Below, one piece after another: positions 1-8,026 of a stretch of 55,357 nucleotides of DNA. Position numbers and translations under genes: made by a program. The notes beneath the pieces were generated by a model. That model saw only the letters and a list, made by a program, of their open reading frames with translations, did no database searches and was not told the DNA's origin. Position 1 is the stretch's first letter, and each line of letters begins with the position of its first letter. Source of the stretch: Faecousia sp. (GTDB lineage Bacteria; Bacillota; Clostridia; Oscillospirales; Oscillospiraceae). The DNA is taken from assembly GCA_045638785.1 (NCBI GenBank), contig JAZUBW010000076.1:1-55357 (forward strand). Direction: 5' to 3'.

Positions 1-1
1 C

Positions 2-739
2 TATGGTTTTGAAGTTGCCTTTGGGGATGGCGGCGATTTGGATTCGGTGCAGATTCCGGGGAAGCTGTTGCTGGCACAGCTGCGTGGCTTTGTGGACCGG
101 GTGGATCTTTGGAACGAGGATGGCCATAAGTATTTCCGTGTTGTGGACTATAAGACCGGTAAAAAGGATTTCGATTATTGTGATGTGTTTAACGGCGTGG
201 GTCTGCAGATGCTGCTCTATCTGTTTGCCCTGGAGGACCGGGGCAGCAGCCTGATCGGCAGCCAGCCCGTCAGCGCCGGTGTGCAGTATTTCCCGGCCCG
301 GGCGCCCTATGTCAGCGTTGACGGCGCCATGGATGCAGAAGAGGCAGAAAAAGAGCGGAAAAAGCTGATGAAACGCAGCGGTTTGCTGTTGAGTAATGAG
401 GATTCTTTGAATGCGATGGATCCTTCCGAAAACCTGGACCGACTCAGCTGCAAGCGGAAAAAGGACGGCACCATCTCCGGTGACCTGGCCGACAGGGGAC
501 AGCTGGGTCAGCTGAAGACTTATTTGCAGAAATATCTGTCTTCCATGGTGGACGAGATCGCCTCCGGCAATATTGAGCCCAATCCTTACAGCCGTGGCAC
601 CAGCTTTGATGCCTGCACCTTCTGTCCCTACGGGGCCGTGTGCCACAAGGATGCGGTGACGGGCCGACGTAATTATAAAAAGTTGGAACCCCAGCGATTC
701 TGGGAGGAAATCGGGAAGGAGGGAAACCACAATGGCTGA
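2..739 (+). CDS. addB: AddB (RexB) helicase/nuclease subunit B, C-terminal PD-(D/E)XK nuclease part; 5' truncated by window edge
   Basis: Frame open from position 2; LRGFVDRVD...VVDYKTG...LQMLLY nuclease motifs and C-terminal CxxCxxxxVC Fe-S cysteines; overlaps addA start. Confidence 0.92.
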   Translation, partial: YGFEVAFGDGGDLDSVQIPGKLLLAQLRGFVDRVDLWNEDGHKYFRVVDYKTGKKDFDYCDVFNGVGLQMLLYLFALEDRGSSLIGSQPVSAGVQYFPARAPYVSVDGAMDAEEAEKERKKLMKRSGLLLSNEDSLNAMDPSENLDRLSCKRKKDGTISGDLADRGQLGQLKTYLQKYLSSMVDEIASGNIEPNPYSRGTSFDACTFCPYGAVCHKDAVTGRRNYKKLEPQRFWEEIGKEGNHNG

Positions 740-3700
740 GAAACTGACGAGAGAACAGCTGCAGGCGGTACAAAACCGCGGCGGCAAGCTACTGGTTTCT
801 GCTGCTGCCGGTTCCGGTAAGACGAAAGTACTGGTGGACCGGCTTATGGGCTACCTGCTGGACCCGGTGGATCCTGCCAATATCGATGATTTTCTCATGA
901 TCACCTACACCAAGGCCGCCGCTGCGGAGCTTCGTGGCAAGATCGCTGCCAAGCTTTCAGAACGGGTGGCGGAGGATCCTGATAACCGTCATTTGCAGCA
1001 GCAGCTGCAGCGGTTGTACTTAACAAAAATTTCTACTGTTCATGCCTTCTGCGGTGATGTGCTGCGGGAGTATGCCTATCGGTTGGATATTGCCGGCGAC
1101 TTCCGGGTGGCCGATGAAAACGAATGCCGGGAGATCCGGGAATTGGTGCTGCAAAAGCTGCTGGAAGAAGCATATGAAACCGGCAGCGAAGCTTTCCACA
1201 CCTTTGTTGATAGCCAGGGTCTGGGCCGGGATGACCGCCTGATACCGGAAATCATCCAAAAGGTCTATGACAGCGCACGCTGCCACCTGGACCCGGAAAG
1301 CTGGTTGCAGCATTGTGAAGCTTTGGTGGATACCGATGCCGTCACCGATGCATCCCAAACCCTCTACGGTGACTATTTGATCCACAGACTCTATGATTGG
1401 CTGGATATGCAGATCAAGGCGATCACTTATTGCACAGACCTTGCTTCCCGGCAGGAAGGCAGCCAAAAGGTCATGGATAACCTGTCAGACACTTTGTTCC
1501 AACTGCAAAAACTTCGGGACAGCCAAACTTGGGACGAAATCGCGCAGCGCAAGGCTGTGGATTTCGGCCGCCTGGTGTTCCCCAAAAGCTTCGATGAGGA
1601 TGCCAAGGAGCAGATCAAAGCCGTCCGGGAATTGTGCAAAAAGGGTCTGGAAAAGCAGACCCGGGCCTTTGAAAATGACTCGTGCCAGGTGCTTGCGGAT
1701 CTGTCGGCATCTGCCGATGCACTCCGTGGGCTGATGGCCCAGGTGAGGGCCTTCGATGTTGCCTATACCAAGGCCAAGCGCGGCCGCCGGGTGTTGGATT
1801 TTGGCGATTTGGAGCATAAAATGCTGGATCTGCTGCTGGGTAAAGCCCGCAGCGGCATCACCTCTGCCGCCCATGAGATCGGTAGCCGCTTCCGGGAAGT
1901 CATGGTAGACGAATACCAGGACTCCAATGCGGTGCAGGATGCCATCTACAATGCTCTCACCGCCAAAAAGCAAAATCTTTTCCTGGTTGGTGACGTGAAG
2001 CAGTCCATCTATCAGTTCCGCCTGGCTGACCCCGGCATTTTCCTGGAAAAATACCGGGACTTTGTGCCGGCAGAACAGGCAGCTGCCGGAGAAGGCAGAA
2101 AAGTGCTTCTGAGCAAGAATTTCCGTTCCAGCGGCGGCGTTCTGTCGGGCTGCAACGACGTGTTCCGCATGTGCATGTGCCCGGAAGTGGGCGGCCTTTA
2201 CTACGGCGACGAAGAAGCCCTTTACGAGGGCGTTCCCCATATTTCCTTGGGAGAGCCGGAAACTTCCCTTTACTGTATCGATGTGCAGGAGGAAACCTAT
2301 CCCGAGGAAGCCGCCTTTGTGGCTGACCACATCCGAAAATTGTTGGACGGTACCCATTATGTTCGGGAAGGGGAGGACCTACGTCCCATCCGGCCTGAGG
2401 ATATTGCCATTTTGCTCCGTTCTCCTGGCTCTGCCGGCAGCTACTTCCACCATGCCCTGGAAAAATGCGGCATCCGCTATGCCGCCGGTGGCGGCGTCGA
2501 TCTGCTGCAGACAGCGGAGATCGGGACGCTGCGAAGTATCCTGCAGGCTATTCACAACCCCCGGCTGGATATTCCTTTGATCGCAGCCATGGCAAGCCCC
2601 GTCTTCGGCTTTACCGCCAATGACCTGGCCCTGCTGCGGTCTGAAAATAAACAGTGCTGCATCTATGAATGTTTGCAAAGAAGCGAAGATCCCAAGTGCC
2701 GGGCCTTTATGGCTGCTTTGCTGCGTATGCGGCAGGCTCTGAGAGTCCATTCACTGACGGGCCTGCTGGAGGAGATATATATCAGTACCGGCATGCCGGA
2801 ACTGTATGCCTCCATGGAGGATGGTATGGTCCGCCGGGCCAATTTGGAGAGCTTCTATCAGCTGGCATCCGCTTTTGAGGCAGGCGGCAACCGGGATTTG
2901 GGCCGCTTCCTGGAGCATCTGGATGCTATGCAGACCCAGGGCCTTATCACGGCCGGAGACCAAAGCGCTGCCGGATGTGTGACCATCATGAGTATCCATA
3001 AATCCAAGGGCCTGGAATTTCCCGTGGTGTTCCTCTGCGGGCTTGGCCGGGAGTTCAATACAGAAAGCCAGCGCAGCGCGGTGCTTTGCCATAAGGAAAT
3101 GGGATTGGGCCTGGCTGCGGTGGACAATGTGAACCGCCTGCGCTATCCCACCATCGCCAAGCGGGCCATCGGTGCCAGGATCGGTGCGGAAAGTGTGTCC
3201 GAGGAATTGCGGGTGCTCTATGTAGCCATGACCCGTGCCCGGGACCGGCTCATCATGACCTATGCCTCTAACCGTCTGCAGTCGGATCTGTCCCAAATCG
3301 TGCGGCAGATCGATGCCGGCGACAAGGAACTTCTGATCCGCCAGGCAGTCTGCCCCGGCGATTGGGTGCTGCTGACGGCCTTGCAGCGTACGGAAGCAGG
3401 GGAACTGTTTGCCCTGGCTGGCAAGCCTGTGGAAACGGAAAGCGAAACCACCCCCTGGCATATCCGTGTGGTGCAGGCTCCGGCACTGGATGCCCAGCGC
3501 CGGGAAACTCAAGAAGAGAAAATCCTACCGGTTGCCGTTGTGCGCCAAATTGGCGAGGGATTGTCTTTCTGTTATGCCCATCCGGCAGCTACTCTGACCC
3601 CCAGCAAGCAGACCGCAACCCAGCGAAAGGGCCGCATCAAGGATGCGGAAGCGGCGGAGGATACCAAGGAGCCTCCGGTCTATCAGCGCCAGTGGCGAGC

Positions 3701-4229
3701 CCCTTCCTTTGCCGGTCATCAGGCCAGCGGCCGGGAATACGGCAATGCCATCCATGCTATGATGCAGTACGCCGATTTTGCTGCCTGTACCGATGCTGCG
3801 GGCGTGGCAGGCGAGATCCAGCGGTTGCAGCAACAGAATTTCCTGTCCCAGGAACAGGCAAACTGGATAAGCCCCAAGAAAATCGCTGCTTTCTTTGCTA
3901 CCACCCTGGGTCAAAAGATCCGCATAGGCAAAACTGTCCGGGAGTTCAAATTCTCCATTCTGGAGGATGCCAGCAGCTTCGCACCGGAACTTTCCGGAGA
4001 GCAGGTGCTGCTTCAGGGCGTGGTGGACTGCGCTTTGATCGAAGCAGACGGCATTACCGTCGTCGACTTCAAAACCGATTTTGTCACGGAGGAGACCCTG
4101 CCTGATGTAGTGGCTCGTTATCGGCCCCAGGTTGCTACCTATGTTGCCGCTATGGAGCGGATCTACGGACAGCCGGTAAAGGATGCCTATCTTTACTTCT
4201 TCCATTTGGATCGGTTTGTACAACTTTAA
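732..4229 (+). CDS. addA: AddA helicase-nuclease subunit A
   Basis: VSAAAGSGKT Walker A, MVDEYQD, VGDVKQSIYQFRLADP, SIHKSKGLEF, LYVAMTRA, C-terminal QGVVD...VDFKTD nuclease. Confidence 0.97.
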   Translation: MAEKLTREQLQAVQNRGGKLLVSAAAGSGKTKVLVDRLMGYLLDPVDPANIDDFLMITYTKAAAAELRGKIAAKLSERVAEDPDNRHLQQQLQRLYLTKISTVHAFCGDVLREYAYRLDIAGDFRVADENECREIRELVLQKLLEEAYETGSEAFHTFVDSQGLGRDDRLIPEIIQKVYDSARCHLDPESWLQHCEALVDTDAVTDASQTLYGDYLIHRLYDWLDMQIKAITYCTDLASRQEGSQKVMDNLSDTLFQLQKLRDSQTWDEIAQRKAVDFGRLVFPKSFDEDAKEQIKAVRELCKKGLEKQTRAFENDSCQVLADLSASADALRGLMAQVRAFDVAYTKAKRGRRVLDFGDLEHKMLDLLLGKARSGITSAAHEIGSRFREVMVDEYQDSNAVQDAIYNALTAKKQNLFLVGDVKQSIYQFRLADPGIFLEKYRDFVPAEQAAAGEGRKVLLSKNFRSSGGVLSGCNDVFRMCMCPEVGGLYYGDEEALYEGVPHISLGEPETSLYCIDVQEETYPEEAAFVADHIRKLLDGTHYVREGEDLRPIRPEDIAILLRSPGSAGSYFHHALEKCGIRYAAGGGVDLLQTAEIGTLRSILQAIHNPRLDIPLIAAMASPVFGFTANDLALLRSENKQCCIYECLQRSEDPKCRAFMAALLRMRQALRVHSLTGLLEEIYISTGMPELYASMEDGMVRRANLESFYQLASAFEAGGNRDLGRFLEHLDAMQTQGLITAGDQSAAGCVTIMSIHKSKGLEFPVVFLCGLGREFNTESQRSAVLCHKEMGLGLAAVDNVNRLRYPTIAKRAIGARIGAESVSEELRVLYVAMTRARDRLIMTYASNRLQSDLSQIVRQIDAGDKELLIRQAVCPGDWVLLTALQRTEAGELFALAGKPVETESETTPWHIRVVQAPALDAQRRETQEEKILPVAVVRQIGEGLSFCYAHPAATLTPSKQTATQRKGRIKDAEAAEDTKEPPVYQRQWRAPSFAGHQASGREYGNAIHAMMQYADFAACTDAAGVAGEIQRLQQQNFLSQEQANWISPKKIAAFFATTLGQKIRIGKTVREFKFSILEDASSFAPELSGEQVLLQGVVDCALIEADGITVVDFKTDFVTEETLPDVVARYRPQVATYVAAMERIYGQPVKDAYLYFFHLDRFVQL

Positions 4230-4270
4230 GGCAAAACGCTGCTGGGGGTTTTCGCAGCGGCGTTTTTGCC
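4230..4270. terminator. Probable bidirectional intrinsic terminator
   Basis: GGCAAAACGCTGC...GCAGCGGCGTTTTTGCC inverted repeat between convergent genes. Confidence 0.65.
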
Positions 4271-4273
4271 TGG

Positions 4274-4411
4274 TTAGCGCTCGTTTCGCATGTCCTTGGA
4301 GTTGGACTTTTCGTTCTGGCTGCGGTTGCTGTACTGGTTGCTGTTCTGGTTGTTATTCTGGTTGTTATTCTGATTGCTGTTCTGATTCTGGTTCTGGTTC
4401 TTGTTATTCAT
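4274..4411 (-). CDS. 45-aa Asn/Gln-rich small protein (not in ORF track), candidate spore protein
   Basis: GGAGG RBS then ATG; translates to MNNKNQNQNQNSNQNNNQNNNQNSNQYSNRSQNEKSNSKDMRNER*; followed by terminator. Confidence 0.8.
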   Translation of the reverse strand: MNNKNQNQNQNSNQNNNQNNNQNSNQYSNRSQNEKSNSKDMRNER

Positions 4412-4454
4412 CTCAAATTTCCTCCAAAATGGTAGTGCGGTCATGCCGCTAGGC

Positions 4455-4483
4455 TAGTTTGCCCGATTCTTCAGGCTTTATCC
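4455..4483 (-). promoter_or_regulatory. Putative sigF/sigG (forespore) promoter for the N/Q-rich peptide
   Basis: Minus strand GGATA-N15-GGCAAACTA, matching the forespore sigma consensus shape. Confidence 0.5.
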
Positions 4484-4827
4484 TTGGGTTTAAACAAGAA
4501 ACTTGCAAGAAGTCCTGCGGCGATGGCAGCGGTGATGCCGCCGGCGGTTGCTTTCAACCCACCGGTGAGAACGCCGAGAAAGCCATCCTCCTGCACAGCT
4601 TCTTTCACGCCCTTGGCGATGCTGTAACCAAAGCCTGTCAGCGGTACCGTAGCACCGGCTCCTGCAAATTCTACCAAGGGTTTATACACACCGATGGCGC
4701 CTAGAAACACACCCAGTACAACATAGCTGACCAGGATCCGAGCCGGTGTCAGCTTTGTTTTGTCGATGAGGATTTGACCGATCATGCACAGCAGCCCGCC
4801 CACCGCAAAAGCCTTGAAATACTCCAT
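4471..4827 (-). CDS. spoVAE: Stage V sporulation protein AE
   Basis: MEYFKAFAVGGLLCMIGQILIDKTKLTPARILV...FAGAGATVPLTGFG; start moved to the ATG after GGAGG. Confidence 0.93.
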   Translation of the reverse strand: MEYFKAFAVGGLLCMIGQILIDKTKLTPARILVSYVVLGVFLGAIGVYKPLVEFAGAGATVPLTGFGYSIAKGVKEAVQEDGFLGVLTGGLKATAGGITAAIAAGLLASFLFKPKDKA

Positions 4828-4828
4828 A

Positions 4829-5848
4829 TTATCTACCTCCTGTGATGGAAACAGCGTGACAGATACCGGGTATCGGCAGCCCCTGCTGGGTGGAAGTGGG
4901 TGACAGCAGAGCGCCGGTTCCACAGAACAGGATTCGTTTCCAGTTACCCTTTTTCAGCTGATCCAGCAGATGTCCGCACAGCACGATGGCGCTGCAGCCG
5001 CAGCCGGAGCCGCCGGAATGCACATCCTGCCGGCTTTGGTCAAAGACCAGCATGCCGCAATCCAGCAATTTGTCCCCAAGGTCCAAACCTTCCCGACGTG
5101 CCAATTCCTGCAGCATTTGCGCTCCGTGTTGCCCAAGATCGCCGGTGACGATGTGATCGAAATCCTGACAGCTCCGTCCCAAATCCGCAAAATGCGCTTT
5201 GATGGTGGCCAGGGCGGCAGGGGCCATGGCGGCTCCCATATTCCCGGCATCCTTGATACCCATCTCCGTTACGGTACCGCAGGTGGCGCTGTCGATGTGG
5301 GGGCCGTTTCCTTGGCGATGCACCAAAGCAGCACCGGCGCCAGTTACTGTCCATTGGGCCGTGGGTGTCCGCTGCCCCCCATAGCCCAAGGGAAAACGGT
5401 ACTGCCGCTCTGAACTGGCAAAATGCGACGATGTCAGAGCCACCGCATGTTCACAGTAACCGCCGTCTACCGTCATGGCCGCCATCAGAAGACTCTGTGC
5501 CATGGTCGAGCATGCCCCGTACAACCCAAAATGAGGAATTCCTGTACGGTTTAAGCTAAAGGAGGAGCCGATGCATTGGTTCAAGAGATCCCCCGAATAG
5601 ACCAGGGAAAAGTCGGATTGCTGCATCTGCGCCTTTTTTGCCAGCTGCTCCAGAGCCAGTTGCTGCAGCCGCTTTTCGGCCTGTTCCCAGGTCTTTTCGC
5701 CGAAATAGGTGTCCTGGCACTTCAGCGTAAAGGTGTCCGCCAGTGGCCCTTCCGCTTCCTTTTTCCCCGATACACTGGCCCAGGCCGTGATGACAGGCTT
5801 CTGAGGAAAAACAAAGCTCTGCCTGCCCCGCTTATTGGTTGTGTTCAT
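4829..5848 (-). CDS. spoVAD: Stage V sporulation protein AD
   Basis: GKKEAEGPL, GDLLNQC, GLYGACST, ERQYRFPLGYGGQR, SGGSGCGCSA. Confidence 0.95.
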   Translation of the reverse strand: MNTTNKRGRQSFVFPQKPVITAWASVSGKKEAEGPLADTFTLKCQDTYFGEKTWEQAEKRLQQLALEQLAKKAQMQQSDFSLVYSGDLLNQCIGSSFSLNRTGIPHFGLYGACSTMAQSLLMAAMTVDGGYCEHAVALTSSHFASSERQYRFPLGYGGQRTPTAQWTVTGAGAALVHRQGNGPHIDSATCGTVTEMGIKDAGNMGAAMAPAALATIKAHFADLGRSCQDFDHIVTGDLGQHGAQMLQELARREGLDLGDKLLDCGMLVFDQSRQDVHSGGSGCGCSAIVLCGHLLDQLKKGNWKRILFCGTGALLSPTSTQQGLPIPGICHAVSITGGR

Positions 5849-5870
5849 AATTTCCTCCCGTTTTTTATCC

Positions 5871-5898
5871 TAGTATGCCCCAAATACCATAATCATAC
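5871..5898 (-). promoter_or_regulatory. Putative sigG promoter of spoVAD
   Basis: Minus strand GTATG-N16-CATACTA; spoVA genes are sigG-controlled in studied spore formers. Confidence 0.6.
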
Positions 5899-5959
5899 AG
5901 ATAAAAACTACCGCGGATTATTTTGATGACAAACCAATGTCTTCGTGACAGTCTGTGCA

Positions 5960-6195
5960 TATGGACTGGTATGGAATTGAATAAGAGAAGGTATATGTAT
6001 CAGTTTATGAGAGAAAACGGTTTGTATCCACAGACAAAAATGGAAGCCGTATAAAAAGTAAAAGTGACGGCATTTACAGCGAAAACAAGACGAAACGCCA
6101 CTTTTTGCCCAGTAGATTCAACGCAGTATGGGCAGGAGATATCACCTATATCCCGACCAATATGGGATGGGTGTACCTTGCTGCTGGTCTAGTCA
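5960..6195 (+). pseudogene. IS3-family transposase relic (OrfB fragment)
   Basis: NKRRYMYQFMRENGL, then after a frame change RHFLPSRFNAVWAGDITYIPTNMGWVYLAA, the IS3 integrase-core W..DITYI.T..GW.YLA motif. Confidence 0.8.
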
Positions 6196-6196
6196 T

Positions 6197-6231
6197 AAAA
6201 AAACTGCCGACGCTTCATGCGTCGGCAGAAA
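6197..6231 (-). terminator. Intrinsic terminator of the NlpC/P60 gene
   Basis: CTGCCGACGC-TTCAT-GCGTCGGCAG with an A-run on the left (U-tract on minus strand). Confidence 0.8.
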
Positions 6232-6239
6232 TTCTTTAG

Positions 6240-7226
6240 TTACAGTACACGCCGGGCTCCATAGTAGTGAGAGGTCCAATAGGAATTGCTCAACTGGGAG
6301 ATCATAACTCCCTTACTGCTGGATGCGTGAATAAACTCGCCGTTACCGATGTAAATGCCCACATGGGAGATGCCTGTGGTGTATGTATTCTCGAAGAATA
6401 CCAGATCGCCGGGCTGCAGATTTGCCTTGCTGACATATACGCCTTCCTGGTACTGCGTCTTGCAGGTACGGGGCAGGGAAATGCCGTTTTGCTCGTACAC
6501 ATATTGCACAAGCCCGGAGCAGTCAAAACCACTCATGCTTTCACCGCCCCACACATAGGGCACGCCCAGGCAGGTCTTCGCGGTGGCCACAATATCGGCC
6601 CCGGTGACACCGGGCTTCTCAATGTTATTGCTGCTTGCCAGGAAGTTGGCCACGCTAACCTTCACGCCGGTGGAATTTCCATGGCGGAAGAACAGGGGAG
6701 ACTTGCTGGATGCCTTGTTTTCATAGGGTACTTCCGTCAGATTTAAAAGATCGGAACGGACATAGCAAATGGTATTGTTCCAAATGACTTTGTACCACTG
6801 GTTGTTGATGCCGATGATATAGGCCAGATCATCCTTGCTGCTGGAACCAACAACGGCATAGCCGGTGCTTGGGCCCTTGCGCATGTTAACTTTGGATGCG
6901 TTGATACGTCCGTAGCCCAGCTCTACATTTTCTACAGTCAGGTATTGCAAATACGAGCTGTGCATGTAACCTTCCTGGAGATTGTAGAGCACCCGATACC
7001 AGGCTCCGGTCTTTCCCAGGATAACGATGACTTCATCTCTGGAGGCGTAGTCCAGGGTTTTGCTCGTGGTGTTCGGCTCTTCCCGCAATCGCAGCGAGTT
7101 TACGATGACGAATGCAATGCCGGTCTTGATGCCGCCACGATCGGCAGCAAAAACGCTGATGGTCATCATGGATGCCATCAGCGTCATGACCAGCAGCATT
7201 GATATGATGCGTCTGGTGAATTTCAT
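6240..7226 (-). CDS. Secreted SH3b-domain NlpC/P60 (C40) peptidoglycan endopeptidase
   Basis: Signal peptide, two SH3b-like repeats (LRLREEPNT; VNMRKGPST), PYVWGG...FDCSG...SHVGIY...FIHAS. Confidence 0.92.
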   Translation of the reverse strand: MKFTRRIISMLLVMTLMASMMTISVFAADRGGIKTGIAFVIVNSLRLREEPNTTSKTLDYASRDEVIVILGKTGAWYRVLYNLQEGYMHSSYLQYLTVENVELGYGRINASKVNMRKGPSTGYAVVGSSSKDDLAYIIGINNQWYKVIWNNTICYVRSDLLNLTEVPYENKASSKSPLFFRHGNSTGVKVSVANFLASSNNIEKPGVTGADIVATAKTCLGVPYVWGGESMSGFDCSGLVQYVYEQNGISLPRTCKTQYQEGVYVSKANLQPGDLVFFENTYTTGISHVGIYIGNGEFIHASSSKGVMISQLSNSYWTSHYYGARRVL

Positions 7227-7265
7227 AAAGGGTCCTCCAAGGGTAATGCTAAAACGCTGTGGTGT

Positions 7266-7556
7266 TTATTTGCCTGCCAGTGCTCGCTCCAGCCAAATGC
7301 TGCCCAGATCCAGGGCAGTGTACAGGCCGTCCTTCTCACTCTTCTTGACGATGCGATCACGGCTCTTGGCATTGGGATCGGTCAGCTGCAGCTGAATGGA
7401 TACCTTGCTGGCCACATCCTCATCGCCGATCTTCTTGGATTCCAGGATCTGCAGCATGATGATGTGGGAATCGGCCATGGAGCCATAGTAGATCAGGTTA
7501 TCCTTGCGCATCAGCGGATGACCTTTGTACATCAGGATTGCATTTTCTTCTGCCAT
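7266..7556 (-). CDS. Hypothetical cytoplasmic protein (96 aa)
   Basis: AAGGAGG RBS before MAEENAILMYKGHPL; host-like codon usage; own sigA promoter. Confidence 0.85.
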   Translation of the reverse strand: MAEENAILMYKGHPLMRKDNLIYYGSMADSHIIMLQILESKKIGDEDVASKVSIQLQLTDPNAKSRDRIVKKSEKDGLYTALDLGSIWLERALAGK

Positions 7557-7579
7557 AATGATTTCCTCCTTGTGTAGAT

Positions 7580-7596
7580 TGTTACCGAATTGTAAC
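7580..7596. promoter_or_regulatory. WalR-type direct-repeat box
   Basis: TGTTAC-CGAAT-TGTAAC fits TGTWAH-N5-TGTWAH. Confidence 0.55.
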
Positions 7597-7617
7597 ACAT
7601 GTCCTTGTTTATGTCAA
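7589..7617 (-). promoter_or_regulatory. sigA promoter
   Basis: Minus strand TTGACA-N17-TACAAT. Confidence 0.7.
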
Positions 7618-7660
7618 CTAATTTGGGTGAATTGACATAACTTACCAATGTTACATAGAA

Positions 7661-7686
7661 AGGGCCTTTGCCCAGGCAAAGGCCCT
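7661..7686 (-). terminator. Terminator after ireB
   Basis: AGGGCCTTTGCC-CA-GGCAAAGGCCCT hairpin. Confidence 0.7.
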
Positions 7687-7696
7687 CTACAATGCG

Positions 7697-7945
7697 TTAC
7701 CGGATCGACAGATAATTCTTGACCAATTCCTGCAGCAGCTCGTCCCGATCGAGTTTGCAGATCAGGCTTCTGGCGCCGTTGTAATTGGTGATGTAGGTGG
7801 GATCCTCTGTCAACAGGTATCCCACGATTTGGTTGATGGGGTTGTAGCCCTTCTCGTTCAAAGAGTCGAACACACTGCGCAGGATCAGGCGCATATGATC
7901 CTTATCGTCGCTGGGAACAGTGAATTTGATTGTGTTTTCCATCAT
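7697..7945 (-). CDS. ireB: IreB/ReoM family regulatory phosphoprotein (DUF965)
   Basis: NTIKF phospho-Thr motif, LNEKGYNPINQIVGYLLTEDPTYITNYNGARSLI. Confidence 0.93.
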   Translation of the reverse strand: MMENTIKFTVPSDDKDHMRLILRSVFDSLNEKGYNPINQIVGYLLTEDPTYITNYNGARSLICKLDRDELLQELVKNYLSIR

Positions 7946-8026
7946 GGTGAGCTCCTCCTTGAAGTAATTATAGTCATTATAACCGCAAAAGTCCTCGGTG
8001 TAAAGACCCAGAATGGGATTTTTTTG

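Noticed and set aside
4300-4410. CRISPR array or non-coding microsatellite
   Set aside because: Repeats are 3-12 nt codon-phased units with no spacers; explained by the N/Q-rich ORF on the minus strand
4183-4452. Plus-strand Cys/Ser/Gly-rich 89-aa ORF resembling a RiPP or metallothionein precursor
   Set aside because: Antisense reading of the N/Q ORF; starts inside addA, crosses a terminator, has no RBS and no modifying enzymes nearby
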